In this document: piece by piece, positions 36,044-44,771 of the stretch | Layout of the letters: each line of letters begins with the position of its first letter | Numbering within the stretch: position 1 is the first letter of the stretch | Assembly: GCA_045531285.1 (NCBI GenBank) | Contig: JAZSDT010000083.1 | Span: 1 to 60,841 of the forward strand | Source of the DNA: Eubacteriales bacterium | Lineage (GTDB): Bacteria > Bacillota > Clostridia > Oscillospirales > SIG627 | Direction of reading: 5' to 3' | DNA length: 60,841 bases | Position numbers and translations under genes: made by a program | The notes under the pieces: model-generated | Told to the model about the DNA's origin: nothing | The model's database searches: none | What the model saw: only the letters and a program-made list of their open reading frames with translations

Positions 36044-36324
36044 TCATCAAAAATAGAACGAAATGCATTGAAGGAATTATCGCTTTTCCCTATTCCGTCA
36101 AAGAGAGCCGAGTTTGGTGTGAGTCGGTACGGTAAGCTAAAGTGAGTCTCGTTCCGGAGCAGGGTCGCCCAACGTGCTATGCACTGCGTAAGCGATCACG
36201 GTTTGTCCCGTTACCTTGACAGAAAGCTTGATTGAGCTTTACAGAGTGACTGCATAAGCAGTAATTCGGGGTGGTACCGCGAAGTATTTTCGTCCCCTTA
36301 GCCGAAAGGCTGAGGGGTTTTTTG
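36044..36324 (+). promoter_or_regulatory. T-box riboswitch leader 3, specifier read as CUC (Leu)
   Basis: Stem I with AAGAGAG bulge and GUUUGGUG distal loop. Specifier loop ...GAGU CUC G|UUCC (36148-36150). T-box AUUCGGGGUGGUACCGCGAAG. Terminator CCCCTTAGCC-GAAA-GGCTGAGGGG (36294-36317) plus TTTTTT. Confidence 0.85.
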
Positions 36325-36354
36325 TTGCATAAATTCAGAAAGGGAAAAAGAAAA

Positions 36355-37743
36355 ATGAAAAAAATCCAAATCACAGACATCACACTTAAAAAACTGGCGC
36401 AAGAGCGTAGCGTTAACCTTCTTTTCCGTGACAAGACCGCTATCGCCGCATGTGCTGACAGGCTTGGAGTTGATGCTATTGAACTTGCACCCATAAAGAA
36501 CGTGCGTGAGGACACTATCATTTATAAGACAATATCCCAAAATATCACCAACTGTACCGTAGCTATCCCCGTAGGATTTACTGCTCAGGACGTTGCGACA
36601 GCATGGGAATGCGTAAAGGACGCCATTCACCCCAGACTTCAAATAGAGCTTCCCATATCCACTGTTCAAATGGAATATACCTATCATCTTAAGGCTGACA
36701 AAATGATTGCCAAGATAGGTGAGCTGGTAGAGGAAGCAGTAAAATACTGCAATGACGTTGAATTCGTTGCTCTTGACGCTACAAGAGCGGACACAGACTT
36801 CCTTGTTGCCGCAGTAAAAGAAGCAGAAACAAAGGGCGCAAATATCATAACGGTTTGCGATGATGCGGGAGTTTCTCTTCCGGAAGAAATTGCAGCACTT
36901 GTAAAGCTTGTAAAAGATGCTGTTGATATCTACGTATACGCTCAGGTATCCGACAAGCTCAGTATGGCTGTTTCCTCTGCAGTATCCGCAATCAACGCAG
37001 GTGCAGAAGGTCTCAAGTGTGCTATGGCAGGCAATGAAGCTCTTTTGGTAGGTGCTTTCTCTGACACTGTAAGAGCAAGAGGAGATGCTATCGACGTTTC
37101 TACGTCTCTTAAGGACACCAAAATTCACGCAAGCATCGATGACCTGCTTACTTCTATAAAGCACGAAGCTTATACCTCGGAAGAACAGGTAAGCGAAAAG
37201 AAAAACATTCTTCTCGATAAGGACAGCACCATATCACAGGTATCTCAGGCGGCTCAGGTATTGGGCTATGACCTTTCGGACAGCGACTGCGGAAACGTGC
37301 ACAAGGCACTTCTTCAGGTATGCGAAAAGAAGGGCTCTGTAGGATCAAAGGAGTTTGAAGCACTTATTGCAAGCTCTGCAATGCAGGCTCCCTCCACATA
37401 TCACCTTGAGGGCTACACTACAAATTCTTCAAATCTTACACCCTCTATGTCTCAAGTAACCCTCAGATGCGGTGACGAGATACTTTCAGGCGTAAGCACA
37501 GGTGACGGTCCCATCGATTCAGCCTTCCGCGCTATCGAGCAGAGTATAGGTTATCACTACGAGCTTGACGACTTCCAGGTACAGGCGGTTACAGAGGGCA
37601 AGGAGGCTCTCGGCTCTGCACTGGTAAGACTCCGTAACAACGGCAAGCTCTATTCAGGTAACGGCATCTCCACAGATATTGTTGCCGCAAGTATAAGAGC
37701 ATACATCAACGCACTTAACAAGATCGTATTCGAGGAGGAATAA
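36355..37743 (+). CDS. 2-isopropylmalate/citramalate-synthase-like protein with degenerate active site but intact LeuA-type C-terminal regulatory domain
   Basis: Collinear with LeuA over the whole length, but DTTLRDGEQ is DITLKKLAQ and the HxH metal motif (H-C-H-D-D) is AQVSD. The C-terminal STGDGPIDSAFRAIEQSI...ALVRLRNNGKLYSGNGISTDIVAASIRAYINALNK is well conserved. ATG at 36355 lies downstream of the riboswitch terminator. Confidence 0.75.
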   Translation: MKKIQITDITLKKLAQERSVNLLFRDKTAIAACADRLGVDAIELAPIKNVREDTIIYKTISQNITNCTVAIPVGFTAQDVATAWECVKDAIHPRLQIELPISTVQMEYTYHLKADKMIAKIGELVEEAVKYCNDVEFVALDATRADTDFLVAAVKEAETKGANIITVCDDAGVSLPEEIAALVKLVKDAVDIYVYAQVSDKLSMAVSSAVSAINAGAEGLKCAMAGNEALLVGAFSDTVRARGDAIDVSTSLKDTKIHASIDDLLTSIKHEAYTSEEQVSEKKNILLDKDSTISQVSQAAQVLGYDLSDSDCGNVHKALLQVCEKKGSVGSKEFEALIASSAMQAPSTYHLEGYTTNSSNLTPSMSQVTLRCGDEILSGVSTGDGPIDSAFRAIEQSIGYHYELDDFQVQAVTEGKEALGSALVRLRNNGKLYSGNGISTDIVAASIRAYINALNKIVFEEE

Positions 37744-37744
37744 A

Positions 37745-40198
37745 ATGAAGCTGGTATTTTCCACCGAAAACGTAAGCAGAGCATCCTTTATTGACCTTTG
37801 CCGCTACGCTTACGATTACGGTTATTCGGGATTTGAGATATACGATGCCATAAAGGAAAGAAAACAGCATTATGACAGCATTCTCAGAAGCGGAAACACT
37901 TCGGATGCCAAACGAAAGCTGTTAAACCGTAATCTCACAGTTCCCGCTCTCACTTTCCCCTCCCCTATAGACAGTAGCGAAGTATCCTCCGAGGATATAA
38001 CAAAATATATCGACATGGCTGCAACGGCAGGTGTGGAAAACGTTATTGTATGCGTAAAAGAAGATATTTCTCACGATACCCTTTCTGCCAAGCTTAGCGA
38101 TGCACTCAAGGCTGCTGCAAAATCCGATATACAGATTTTGTTTGAAACGTGGGGCATTCTTGCTGACACGGAAAAGGTACTTGAGGTAATCAATTTCCTG
38201 TCATCCGCCTCGGTAGGCGTAGCATGGAACGTACGTGAAACCTTTTTCAAAGCAAGCGAAAGTGCCGAAACGACCATAAAAAATCTTGGCGCTTATATAA
38301 AATACACCCGTTTGGGCGATATGAAGGACAATAAGACGGTTCTCATCGGAGAAGGTGAGCTTCCTGTTGGCAATTTCATAAACGCGCTGTCATCACTGAA
38401 CTTTGACGGATGTATCTGCGTTGCATGGAACGAGGAAATAAACGATGCTGACATCGTATTAACTCATTTTTCAAACTATATTGCAAATCTCAACCGTAAG
38501 AAATTAAAAGCCGACAGCTCTTATTACAACAGAGCAAAAACAGGTACTTTCCCTTGGAAGAAATATGATATTCTCGATTATACCTTCTCGGACGTACTTG
38601 ATGCAATGGTAAAGAATTACCCCGACCAGTATGCCTTCAAGTATACGACTCTTGATTATACGAGAACCTACACCGAATTCCGCAGAGACGTTGACGAGTG
38701 TGCGGCGGCACTGATATCACTGGGCGTAAAGGCAGGCGATCACGTTGCTATTTGGGCGACAAACGTTCCTGCATGGTATATCACCTTCTGGGCAACAACA
38801 AAGATCGGCGCAGTACTTGTTACTGTCAACACAGCGTACAAAATACACGAAATAGAGTATCTGCTCAAGCAGTCTGACACTCATACTCTTGTAATGATAG
38901 AGGACTGCAAGGACATAAACTACAAGGAAATAATTGAGGAGCTCTGTCCCGAGCTTCAGCACCTTGAACCGGGTCAGCCTATTTATTCAAAGAGTCTTCC
39001 CTTCCTCCGAAACGTTGTTACCGTAGGCTTTTCAATGAAGGGCTGTCTCACTTGGGAGGAAATGCTCAAGCGTTCTGAGCTTGTTCCAAAAGAAGAGGTA
39101 CGCAGACGTGCATCTCTGGTAAATCCCGACGACGTATGCAATATGCAGTACACCTCGGGTACTACAGGCTTCCCCAAGGGAGTTATGCTTACCCATCGCA
39201 ATATCGTAAACAACGGTAAGACGATCGGAGACAGAATGGACTTGTCCACTGCCGACAGAATGATGATTCAAGTACCTATGTTCCATTGCTTCGGAATGGT
39301 GCTTTCTATGACATCTATGATGACACACGGCGGTACTCTTTGTCCTATGCCTTATTTCTCCCCCAAATCATCTCTTGCTTGTATAAACGATGAGCACATC
39401 ACCTGCTTCAACGGTGTGCCTACAATGTTTATCGCGCTGTTCAATCATTCGGATTTTGCAAAAACCGACTTCTCTTATATGAGAACGGGCATTATGGCAG
39501 GTGCCAACTGTCCTGCAGATCTTATGCGCCGTGCGGCAGACGAAATGAATATGCGTGAAATAATATCCGTTTACGGTCAGACCGAGGCATCTCCGGGATG
39601 TACGATGGGCGAAGTAAACGAGGATATCGACCACAGAGTTGAGACAGTAGGAAGCGCCTTCCCCGGAGTTGAGTGTAAAATTATTGACCCTGAGACAGGC
39701 GACGAGCTTCCCGACGGTGAATCCGGTGAGTTTGTGGCACGCGGCTTTAACATTATGAAGGGTTACTATAAGATGCCCGAGGCTACTGCACAGACTATTG
39801 ACGCAGACGGATGGCTTCATTCAGGTGACATTTGCTGCCGTACGCCCGACGGCTACTACAAGGTAACAGGACGTCTTAAGGATATGATAATCCGAGGCGG
39901 TGAAAACCTTTATCCCCGTGAAATTGAGGAGTTCTATCTTACCAATCCCAAGGTACGTGACGTACAGGTGGTAGGTGTTCCCGACGAAAGATACGGTGAA
40001 GAATGCTGTGCGTGGATAATTCTTCACAAGGGCGAGACTGCCGACGAAAACGAAATGAAGGAATACGGAAACGCTTCTATCGCACGTCACAAGGTTCCCC
40101 GTTACTTCCTGTTCGTAGATGAGTTCCCCATGAATGCGGCAGGAAAAATTCTTAAATATAAAATGAGAGATATTTCAAAAGAAAAATTAGGTCTTTAA
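37745..40198 (+). CDS. Fusion protein: xylose-isomerase-like TIM-barrel domain + AMP-forming acyl-CoA synthetase (FadD/YngI-like)
   Basis: 817 aa. The first ~260 aa have the TIM-barrel pattern (GFEIY...ILFETWG...VAWNVRE...CVAWNEE). The remainder carries YTSGTTGFPKGVMLTHRN, GQTE, HSGD, GRLKDMIIRGGENLYPREIE, AGKILK. Starts 1 nt after the upstream stop. Confidence 0.8.
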   Translation: MKLVFSTENVSRASFIDLCRYAYDYGYSGFEIYDAIKERKQHYDSILRSGNTSDAKRKLLNRNLTVPALTFPSPIDSSEVSSEDITKYIDMAATAGVENVIVCVKEDISHDTLSAKLSDALKAAAKSDIQILFETWGILADTEKVLEVINFLSSASVGVAWNVRETFFKASESAETTIKNLGAYIKYTRLGDMKDNKTVLIGEGELPVGNFINALSSLNFDGCICVAWNEEINDADIVLTHFSNYIANLNRKKLKADSSYYNRAKTGTFPWKKYDILDYTFSDVLDAMVKNYPDQYAFKYTTLDYTRTYTEFRRDVDECAAALISLGVKAGDHVAIWATNVPAWYITFWATTKIGAVLVTVNTAYKIHEIEYLLKQSDTHTLVMIEDCKDINYKEIIEELCPELQHLEPGQPIYSKSLPFLRNVVTVGFSMKGCLTWEEMLKRSELVPKEEVRRRASLVNPDDVCNMQYTSGTTGFPKGVMLTHRNIVNNGKTIGDRMDLSTADRMMIQVPMFHCFGMVLSMTSMMTHGGTLCPMPYFSPKSSLACINDEHITCFNGVPTMFIALFNHSDFAKTDFSYMRTGIMAGANCPADLMRRAADEMNMREIISVYGQTEASPGCTMGEVNEDIDHRVETVGSAFPGVECKIIDPETGDELPDGESGEFVARGFNIMKGYYKMPEATAQTIDADGWLHSGDICCRTPDGYYKVTGRLKDMIIRGGENLYPREIEEFYLTNPKVRDVQVVGVPDERYGEECCAWIILHKGETADENEMKEYGNASIARHKVPRYFLFVDEFPMNAAGKILKYKMRDISKEKLGL

Positions 40199-40210
40199 GA
40201 GGGATCGACA

Positions 40211-40240
40211 AACGGCGAGAGCAATTAAATGCAATTTCCA
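40211..40240 (+). repeat. 106-bp repeat family, 3' fragment (locus F)
   Basis: AACGGCGAGAGCAATTAAATGCAATTTCC matches the repeat tail. Confidence 0.6.
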
Positions 40241-40245
40241 ACAAC

Positions 40246-40275
40246 AAAAAGCACTTCATTAATGAAGTGCTTTTT
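40246..40275. terminator. Bidirectional intrinsic terminator
   Basis: AAAAA-GCACTTCATT/AATGAAGTGC-TTTTT between convergent genes. Confidence 0.85.
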
Positions 40276-40279
40276 GTTA

Positions 40280-41875
40280 TTACTTTGTTATTCTGATATA
40301 ATTGAAGTTTGTTATTGCGTTACCGAAATAGCGTGACTGGTAAACAAGATTGTTTATTATCTCATCGGCTCTTTCGTCGAACACAAGCTGAGGGAGATAA
40401 AGATTTTCCTGTGTGGTATTTACAATGGGTATAATGCGGTATGACAGTGACCTGATGCCGGTTGTATCCTTTACAAAGGTCTGGCGGAAAAGGAACGCAT
40501 AATTTGTATTCTTCATTTCCTCATCAACGCTTCCGCTGTAGCTGAGGTCACCTGTTTCGTACACTATCATTTTGTTATTGTACGATTCGATACCCTGTGC
40601 CACTCTGGAGCCGTATCCCACAACAAGATCTGCACCCGATACTCCGTCGCCTATAGCGGCACGTGCAATTTCCTTGTTGTATGCATCAAAATGAGCTTCG
40701 TATTCACTAATCGTACTTCCAAGATAATCCGAGGAAAGAGTATCAGCCTTTCTTTGTCTGGTGTTCCAGTGAATAAGAACGATCACAAGGTCTGCTCCGT
40801 TTTCTCTTTCGGCTGAAACGGCATTCTTTATAACCTCTTTATTTCTATCCTTCTGCTCGTCTGTAATGGGAGTTTCGGTCAAGTCAAAGGTTATATAAAC
40901 TACCTTTCCAAAGTCGTCGGCAATACTCTGTGAGCTTGTATGTACAGAGTAGGAAATTCCGTTATCCTTCAACGCCTTGGCTGTTTCGTTAAGTCCGTCT
41001 TCTCCGTATTCCATTACGTTATAGGATGCAAGAGAAACTGCGTCGATACCAACAAGTCTCTTTGCGTAATCGGGTGAGCCCTTTGCAGGATTTGTGGACT
41101 GAGAGTCAGCCGCTGTTGTAAGGGGAGCCTCCAGTGCAATTACCGTCATATCATCACTTGCAGTAACCGAAGATATTGCAAAGAAGGGATAGGTGTGCTT
41201 GTATTTTTCAATCTGGCTTGAAAACTTATGGGATTCGGTTGTTCCCAGCTTATCGCCTAACAAAGCTCCTCCTCCTACTGTCACACTAAAGGTTGTGCCG
41301 TCCTGAGACATGGACTTGTTTTCATAAAGCGAGAGCATTGCAAGAGTAACCCCTCCGCCGATTTCGGTATCAACAGTGGGATAATAGTCTATTCTTTCGT
41401 TTCCAAGCTTGGATGAGGCACTGTCTATGCTTGCAAGCATATTGGAAACCTTTGTTGAAAAGTCGCTATCACTTGCAAATCCGTTCTTGGCTGTCTTGAA
41501 GGCTGCAGAAAGTGTTGCCAGATAGTCAGAGCCGGGCTTATCTCCCACCTCTGTTGTTGCAAGGTACTCGGAAATTCTGTCAAGATTGCCTATTACGTAA
41601 TCAAGGTCAGAGAAGTTTTTTACGTCTCCGTACGCAAGGTTATCAATGAACGCCTCTACCTTGTCTGCAAAGGAGGATATTGCGTTTGCGTTAAGCTCCA
41701 CCTCCTGAGGAACGTTGATTTGTGTATCCGGAGAAGGATTTACAGGCGTTTCGTCATCTCCTGTAGACACAACGGGAGGTACGTACTCTTCTGAATTTAT
41801 AAGCTTTACTGTCATCAGCATAGATACACCCAGTGCAGCTATACACAGACACAGACAAATTATTCTGCTTTTCAT
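40280..41875 (-). CDS. Membrane-anchored CapA/PGA_cap-family (metallophosphatase-fold) protein, catalytic His motifs substituted
   Basis: N-terminal TM helix. DDMTVIALEAPLT, ADLVIVLIHWNTRQ and GADLVVGYGSRVAQGIE align with the CapA motifs (D..NLE.P, HWG.E, GHHPHV.Q), but with His replaced. ATG at 41875 chosen by RBS spacing. Confidence 0.55.
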   Translation of the reverse strand: MKSRIICLCLCIAALGVSMLMTVKLINSEEYVPPVVSTGDDETPVNPSPDTQINVPQEVELNANAISSFADKVEAFIDNLAYGDVKNFSDLDYVIGNLDRISEYLATTEVGDKPGSDYLATLSAAFKTAKNGFASDSDFSTKVSNMLASIDSASSKLGNERIDYYPTVDTEIGGGVTLAMLSLYENKSMSQDGTTFSVTVGGGALLGDKLGTTESHKFSSQIEKYKHTYPFFAISSVTASDDMTVIALEAPLTTAADSQSTNPAKGSPDYAKRLVGIDAVSLASYNVMEYGEDGLNETAKALKDNGISYSVHTSSQSIADDFGKVVYITFDLTETPITDEQKDRNKEVIKNAVSAERENGADLVIVLIHWNTRQRKADTLSSDYLGSTISEYEAHFDAYNKEIARAAIGDGVSGADLVVGYGSRVAQGIESYNNKMIVYETGDLSYSGSVDEEMKNTNYAFLFRQTFVKDTTGIRSLSYRIIPIVNTTQENLYLPQLVFDERADEIINNLVYQSRYFGNAITNFNYIRITK

Positions 41876-41996
41876 TATTTTCATCCTTTTCGTGTTTTTA
41901 TATATCATAACATATTTTTCGTAAATTGAAAAGAGTTTTTTTAGTTTTTACAGTATTTTTTTATATATTGACAATTTGGATGATGACAGCATAAAA

Positions 41997-42132
41997 ATAG
42001 GCGAGATTTGCCAGCGGAGGCTCTTCGCTTTTTACGTACCCAAAAAAGTATTTACTACAGCCTCGCCGTTTTGCGTTGTAGGGTTATATTTAAGGTTACG
42101 ATAGGCGAGATTTGCCAGCGGTCGCTGACCGC
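41997..42132 (-). repeat. 106-bp repeat family, about 1.3 units in reverse orientation (locus G)
   Basis: CCTCGCCGTTTTGCGTTGTAGGGTTATATTTAAGGTTACGATAGGCGAGATTTGCCAGCGGTCGCTGACCGC plus an upstream partial copy ATAGGCGAGATTTGCCAGCGGAGGCTCTTCGC. Ends 1 nt from the yunB stop. Confidence 0.9.
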
Positions 42133-42133
42133 A

Positions 42134-42808
42134 TTATCCTGCTTTAAAATCTATTATTTCGCCTACCGTTTCATCGTCCAGATTTTCAATGGAAGTATAG
42201 GCATCCGGTACACGTCCTACTATGACGGTATCTGCAATAACCATACTGTCCGAAACCTTTACGCTATTGTGCTCACCGAGTACGATAACCCCCAATATGA
42301 TCTCCACCTTCAAGGTTATTCTGTGCCACGATTGGTTTATTCCCACCTCGGAAAAACTGCTTTCCACAGAAGTAATAACACTATCGGTTGGTATCAGCTT
42401 TATAGAAAGATTAAAGCCTCTGCCCGACAGCAAATACATTCCCGTAAGATTACCTATGGGTATCTGAAGAACACGCTTACTGTCGTTTGCCAAGATTTCA
42501 AGTATCTTTAGAGAAACATCGTTTTTTAAACGGTTTATGTTTACAATGTCCGAGGAAAGAGATAGCACATTTCCCTCGGAATCGCAATTAAGAGCAACAA
42601 GGTCGCTGTACGAAACGCTGTTTTCTTCAAGCACCGACTTCACTGCACTGTTTATCACCTGAGTGGCGTGGGAACGTGAGTACTGTACGGCTCTTGCGTT
42701 GATTATGGGAAGCAATTGATTAAAGGAGTAAATAAACAAAAGCACTAAAAACAGCAGAGTAATCAGAATTATAATAGCTCTCCGCCTGACTTTTTTCACT
42801 TTTTTCAC
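42134..42808 (-). CDS. yunB: Sporulation protein YunB
   Basis: N-terminal TM helix, then the pattern ...AVQYSRSHATQVINSAVKSVL...IPIGNLTG...LSGRGFNLSIKLIP..., typical of YunB. 224 aa. Confidence 0.75.
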   Translation of the reverse strand: MKKVKKVRRRAIIILITLLFLVLLFIYSFNQLLPIINARAVQYSRSHATQVINSAVKSVLEENSVSYSDLVALNCDSEGNVLSLSSDIVNINRLKNDVSLKILEILANDSKRVLQIPIGNLTGMYLLSGRGFNLSIKLIPTDSVITSVESSFSEVGINQSWHRITLKVEIILGVIVLGEHNSVKVSDSMVIADTVIVGRVPDAYTSIENLDDETVGEIIDFKAG

Positions 42809-43007
42809 CTCATTAAAGTTTATTCAACGACATATAATCAAGACAAAAGCACAAACGCCGTATTTTTGATATTTGGCGGAATTTCGTTTCTTTCATTCGG
42901 ATACAGGGAGATAAAACGCAGCAAAGAGCCAAAACGAAAAAAACTGTAGACAATTCACTTTTTTTGTGATAAAATAAATTATCACAATGAATAACGGAGG
43001 TAATAAT

Positions 43008-44744
43008 ATGACTTGTAAAAATTGTGGAAAAGAGCTTTTGCAGGATGCTAAATTCTGTGAAAACTGTGGAGCGGCTGTTGAAGAAGCTATACCCGTAGAG
43101 CAAGAACAAGCTCCCAAGAAAAAGAATAACAAAGGGCTTATTATCGGAATAGCAATTGCAGTGGTACTTGTTGCCGCTATAGCCATAGCATTTCCGTATA
43201 TAAAAAATGCTTTTTCAAAGACTGTCACTCCCAATGACGTCTATTACAAAAACGTAGAAAGAGCATCCGTTGAAAAAGCTGTGGACACCATTGCGCTGGC
43301 ACTTGACGAATATGACAAAATGGTAATAAAAGACACCCAGAGCCTTGCTGATTTCTATGACTCAAAAGAAATGAAGATGAACGTTTCGCTGGACTTTGGT
43401 GACGGTGTTATAAACTATCTGTCTAAGTCTGCCGAGATGGATCTCTCATTTTTGAAAAATGTTGATTTGGGCTTAGATTTTGCACTCAAGGGCGACAATG
43501 CAGGCTTGGGGCTTGCACTGGGACTTGAAAATAAAACTCTTATTTCCGCAGATGCTTTGATCGGTCTGAAGGACTTCGTCACATACGTTACAGTTCCCGA
43601 GCTTAGCCAGACTGCAATGAAGCTGGACCTTGAAGCTATGACAGGCGAGGACTTAAGCGGATTATTTGAAAGCGAAGACTTTACGTCTTCTTTGGAAAAA
43701 GCACTATCCATGTACAGTGCTTTACCCAAAAGCGAGACCTTGAAGAGCGTTGTTATGCGCTATCTTGATTTGGTTCTTGAACAGGTTAAGACCGTTGAAA
43801 AGAGCGATGCCGAAATATTGATCGGAAGCACCAAAAATAATTGCACGGCACTTACAATAACGTTTACCCCCGATGACCTTGAAGCGTTGAACGTAGCGCT
43901 GCTCACCGAGCTCAAGGACGATGAAGAAATATGGGGAGTATATGAAAAGCTTGTTACGGCAATTGCTTTGGACAGCGAAGAAGCTTCCCAGCATTTAGAA
44001 GCAAGAAAAGAGCTTAACGAAAACTTCGACAGTATCATTGCAGATATTGACGGTACGTTTGATGAAATCGGAAACGTAACGTACACAGCTTACGTTGATT
44101 CTACAGGCAATATTGTGGGACGTAATCTGGCATACGGTGACGGTAGTGTATGCGAATTTAATTGCACAGCCGACGGCAGTGCGATGGAATTTGAAGTCAT
44201 AGATGCAGGCTTTGAAATAGTGAAGCTTGTTATGGAAGGCACTGTGAAAAACGGTGTTGGCAGCGGTAATGCGGTACTGTCTGTAGAAGGCAAGGACGTA
44301 TTGAACGCGGCATACGAAAACGTGAAGGCAGACGGAACAACTGCAAAGATAACGCTTACTCCCTCAGAAGAATTTACAGCAAATCTCAACGCCGGGGAGT
44401 TTGAAGCCGAAACAGGAATAGACCTTGCGGCAATGGGTATTGACCCAGCAAAGCTTTCATTTGTGCTTAGCTTTGAAACCGATTTGGATGCAGAGAAGCT
44501 TATCGGCAACGTTAAGTACACTATGGACATTCTTTCCAACGGCGAAAGCGTACTCTGTATAGGTGTGGATGCCGACTACAATGAAGCAAACGAGCTTGTT
44601 GCTCCCGAAAATTTTGAAATTGTTGCCGACGAAAACGGAATTATGAACTGGCTGTCCACAGCCGATATTTTCGGATTCTTATCCACCCTCCCCGAGAGTA
44701 TCTCGCAAATTCTCACCAACTCATTACTGTCAGGTGTTTCATAA
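43008..44744 (+). CDS. Zinc-ribbon (CxxC..CxxC) N-terminal, single-pass membrane protein with large acidic extracytoplasmic domain
   Basis: MTCKNCGKELLQDAKFCENCGA, TM helix GLIIGIAIAVVLVAAIAIAF. ATG at 43008 after a GGAGG RBS. Confidence 0.6.
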   Translation: MTCKNCGKELLQDAKFCENCGAAVEEAIPVEQEQAPKKKNNKGLIIGIAIAVVLVAAIAIAFPYIKNAFSKTVTPNDVYYKNVERASVEKAVDTIALALDEYDKMVIKDTQSLADFYDSKEMKMNVSLDFGDGVINYLSKSAEMDLSFLKNVDLGLDFALKGDNAGLGLALGLENKTLISADALIGLKDFVTYVTVPELSQTAMKLDLEAMTGEDLSGLFESEDFTSSLEKALSMYSALPKSETLKSVVMRYLDLVLEQVKTVEKSDAEILIGSTKNNCTALTITFTPDDLEALNVALLTELKDDEEIWGVYEKLVTAIALDSEEASQHLEARKELNENFDSIIADIDGTFDEIGNVTYTAYVDSTGNIVGRNLAYGDGSVCEFNCTADGSAMEFEVIDAGFEIVKLVMEGTVKNGVGSGNAVLSVEGKDVLNAAYENVKADGTTAKITLTPSEEFTANLNAGEFEAETGIDLAAMGIDPAKLSFVLSFETDLDAEKLIGNVKYTMDILSNGESVLCIGVDADYNEANELVAPENFEIVADENGIMNWLSTADIFGFLSTLPESISQILTNSLLSGVS

Positions 44745-44771
44745 TAGAGTACCATAATCAAAAATAAAAAA

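Noticed and set aside
36298-37164. 288-aa antisense ORF inside the LeuA-like gene. Similar long antisense ORFs occur at 19625-20386, 27430-28137, 50975-51826 and 16031-16606.
   Set aside because: Each is fully embedded opposite a gene with strong family motifs. They have low-complexity, Cys/Phe/Val-rich composition typical of antisense frames, and no recognisable domains or RBS.
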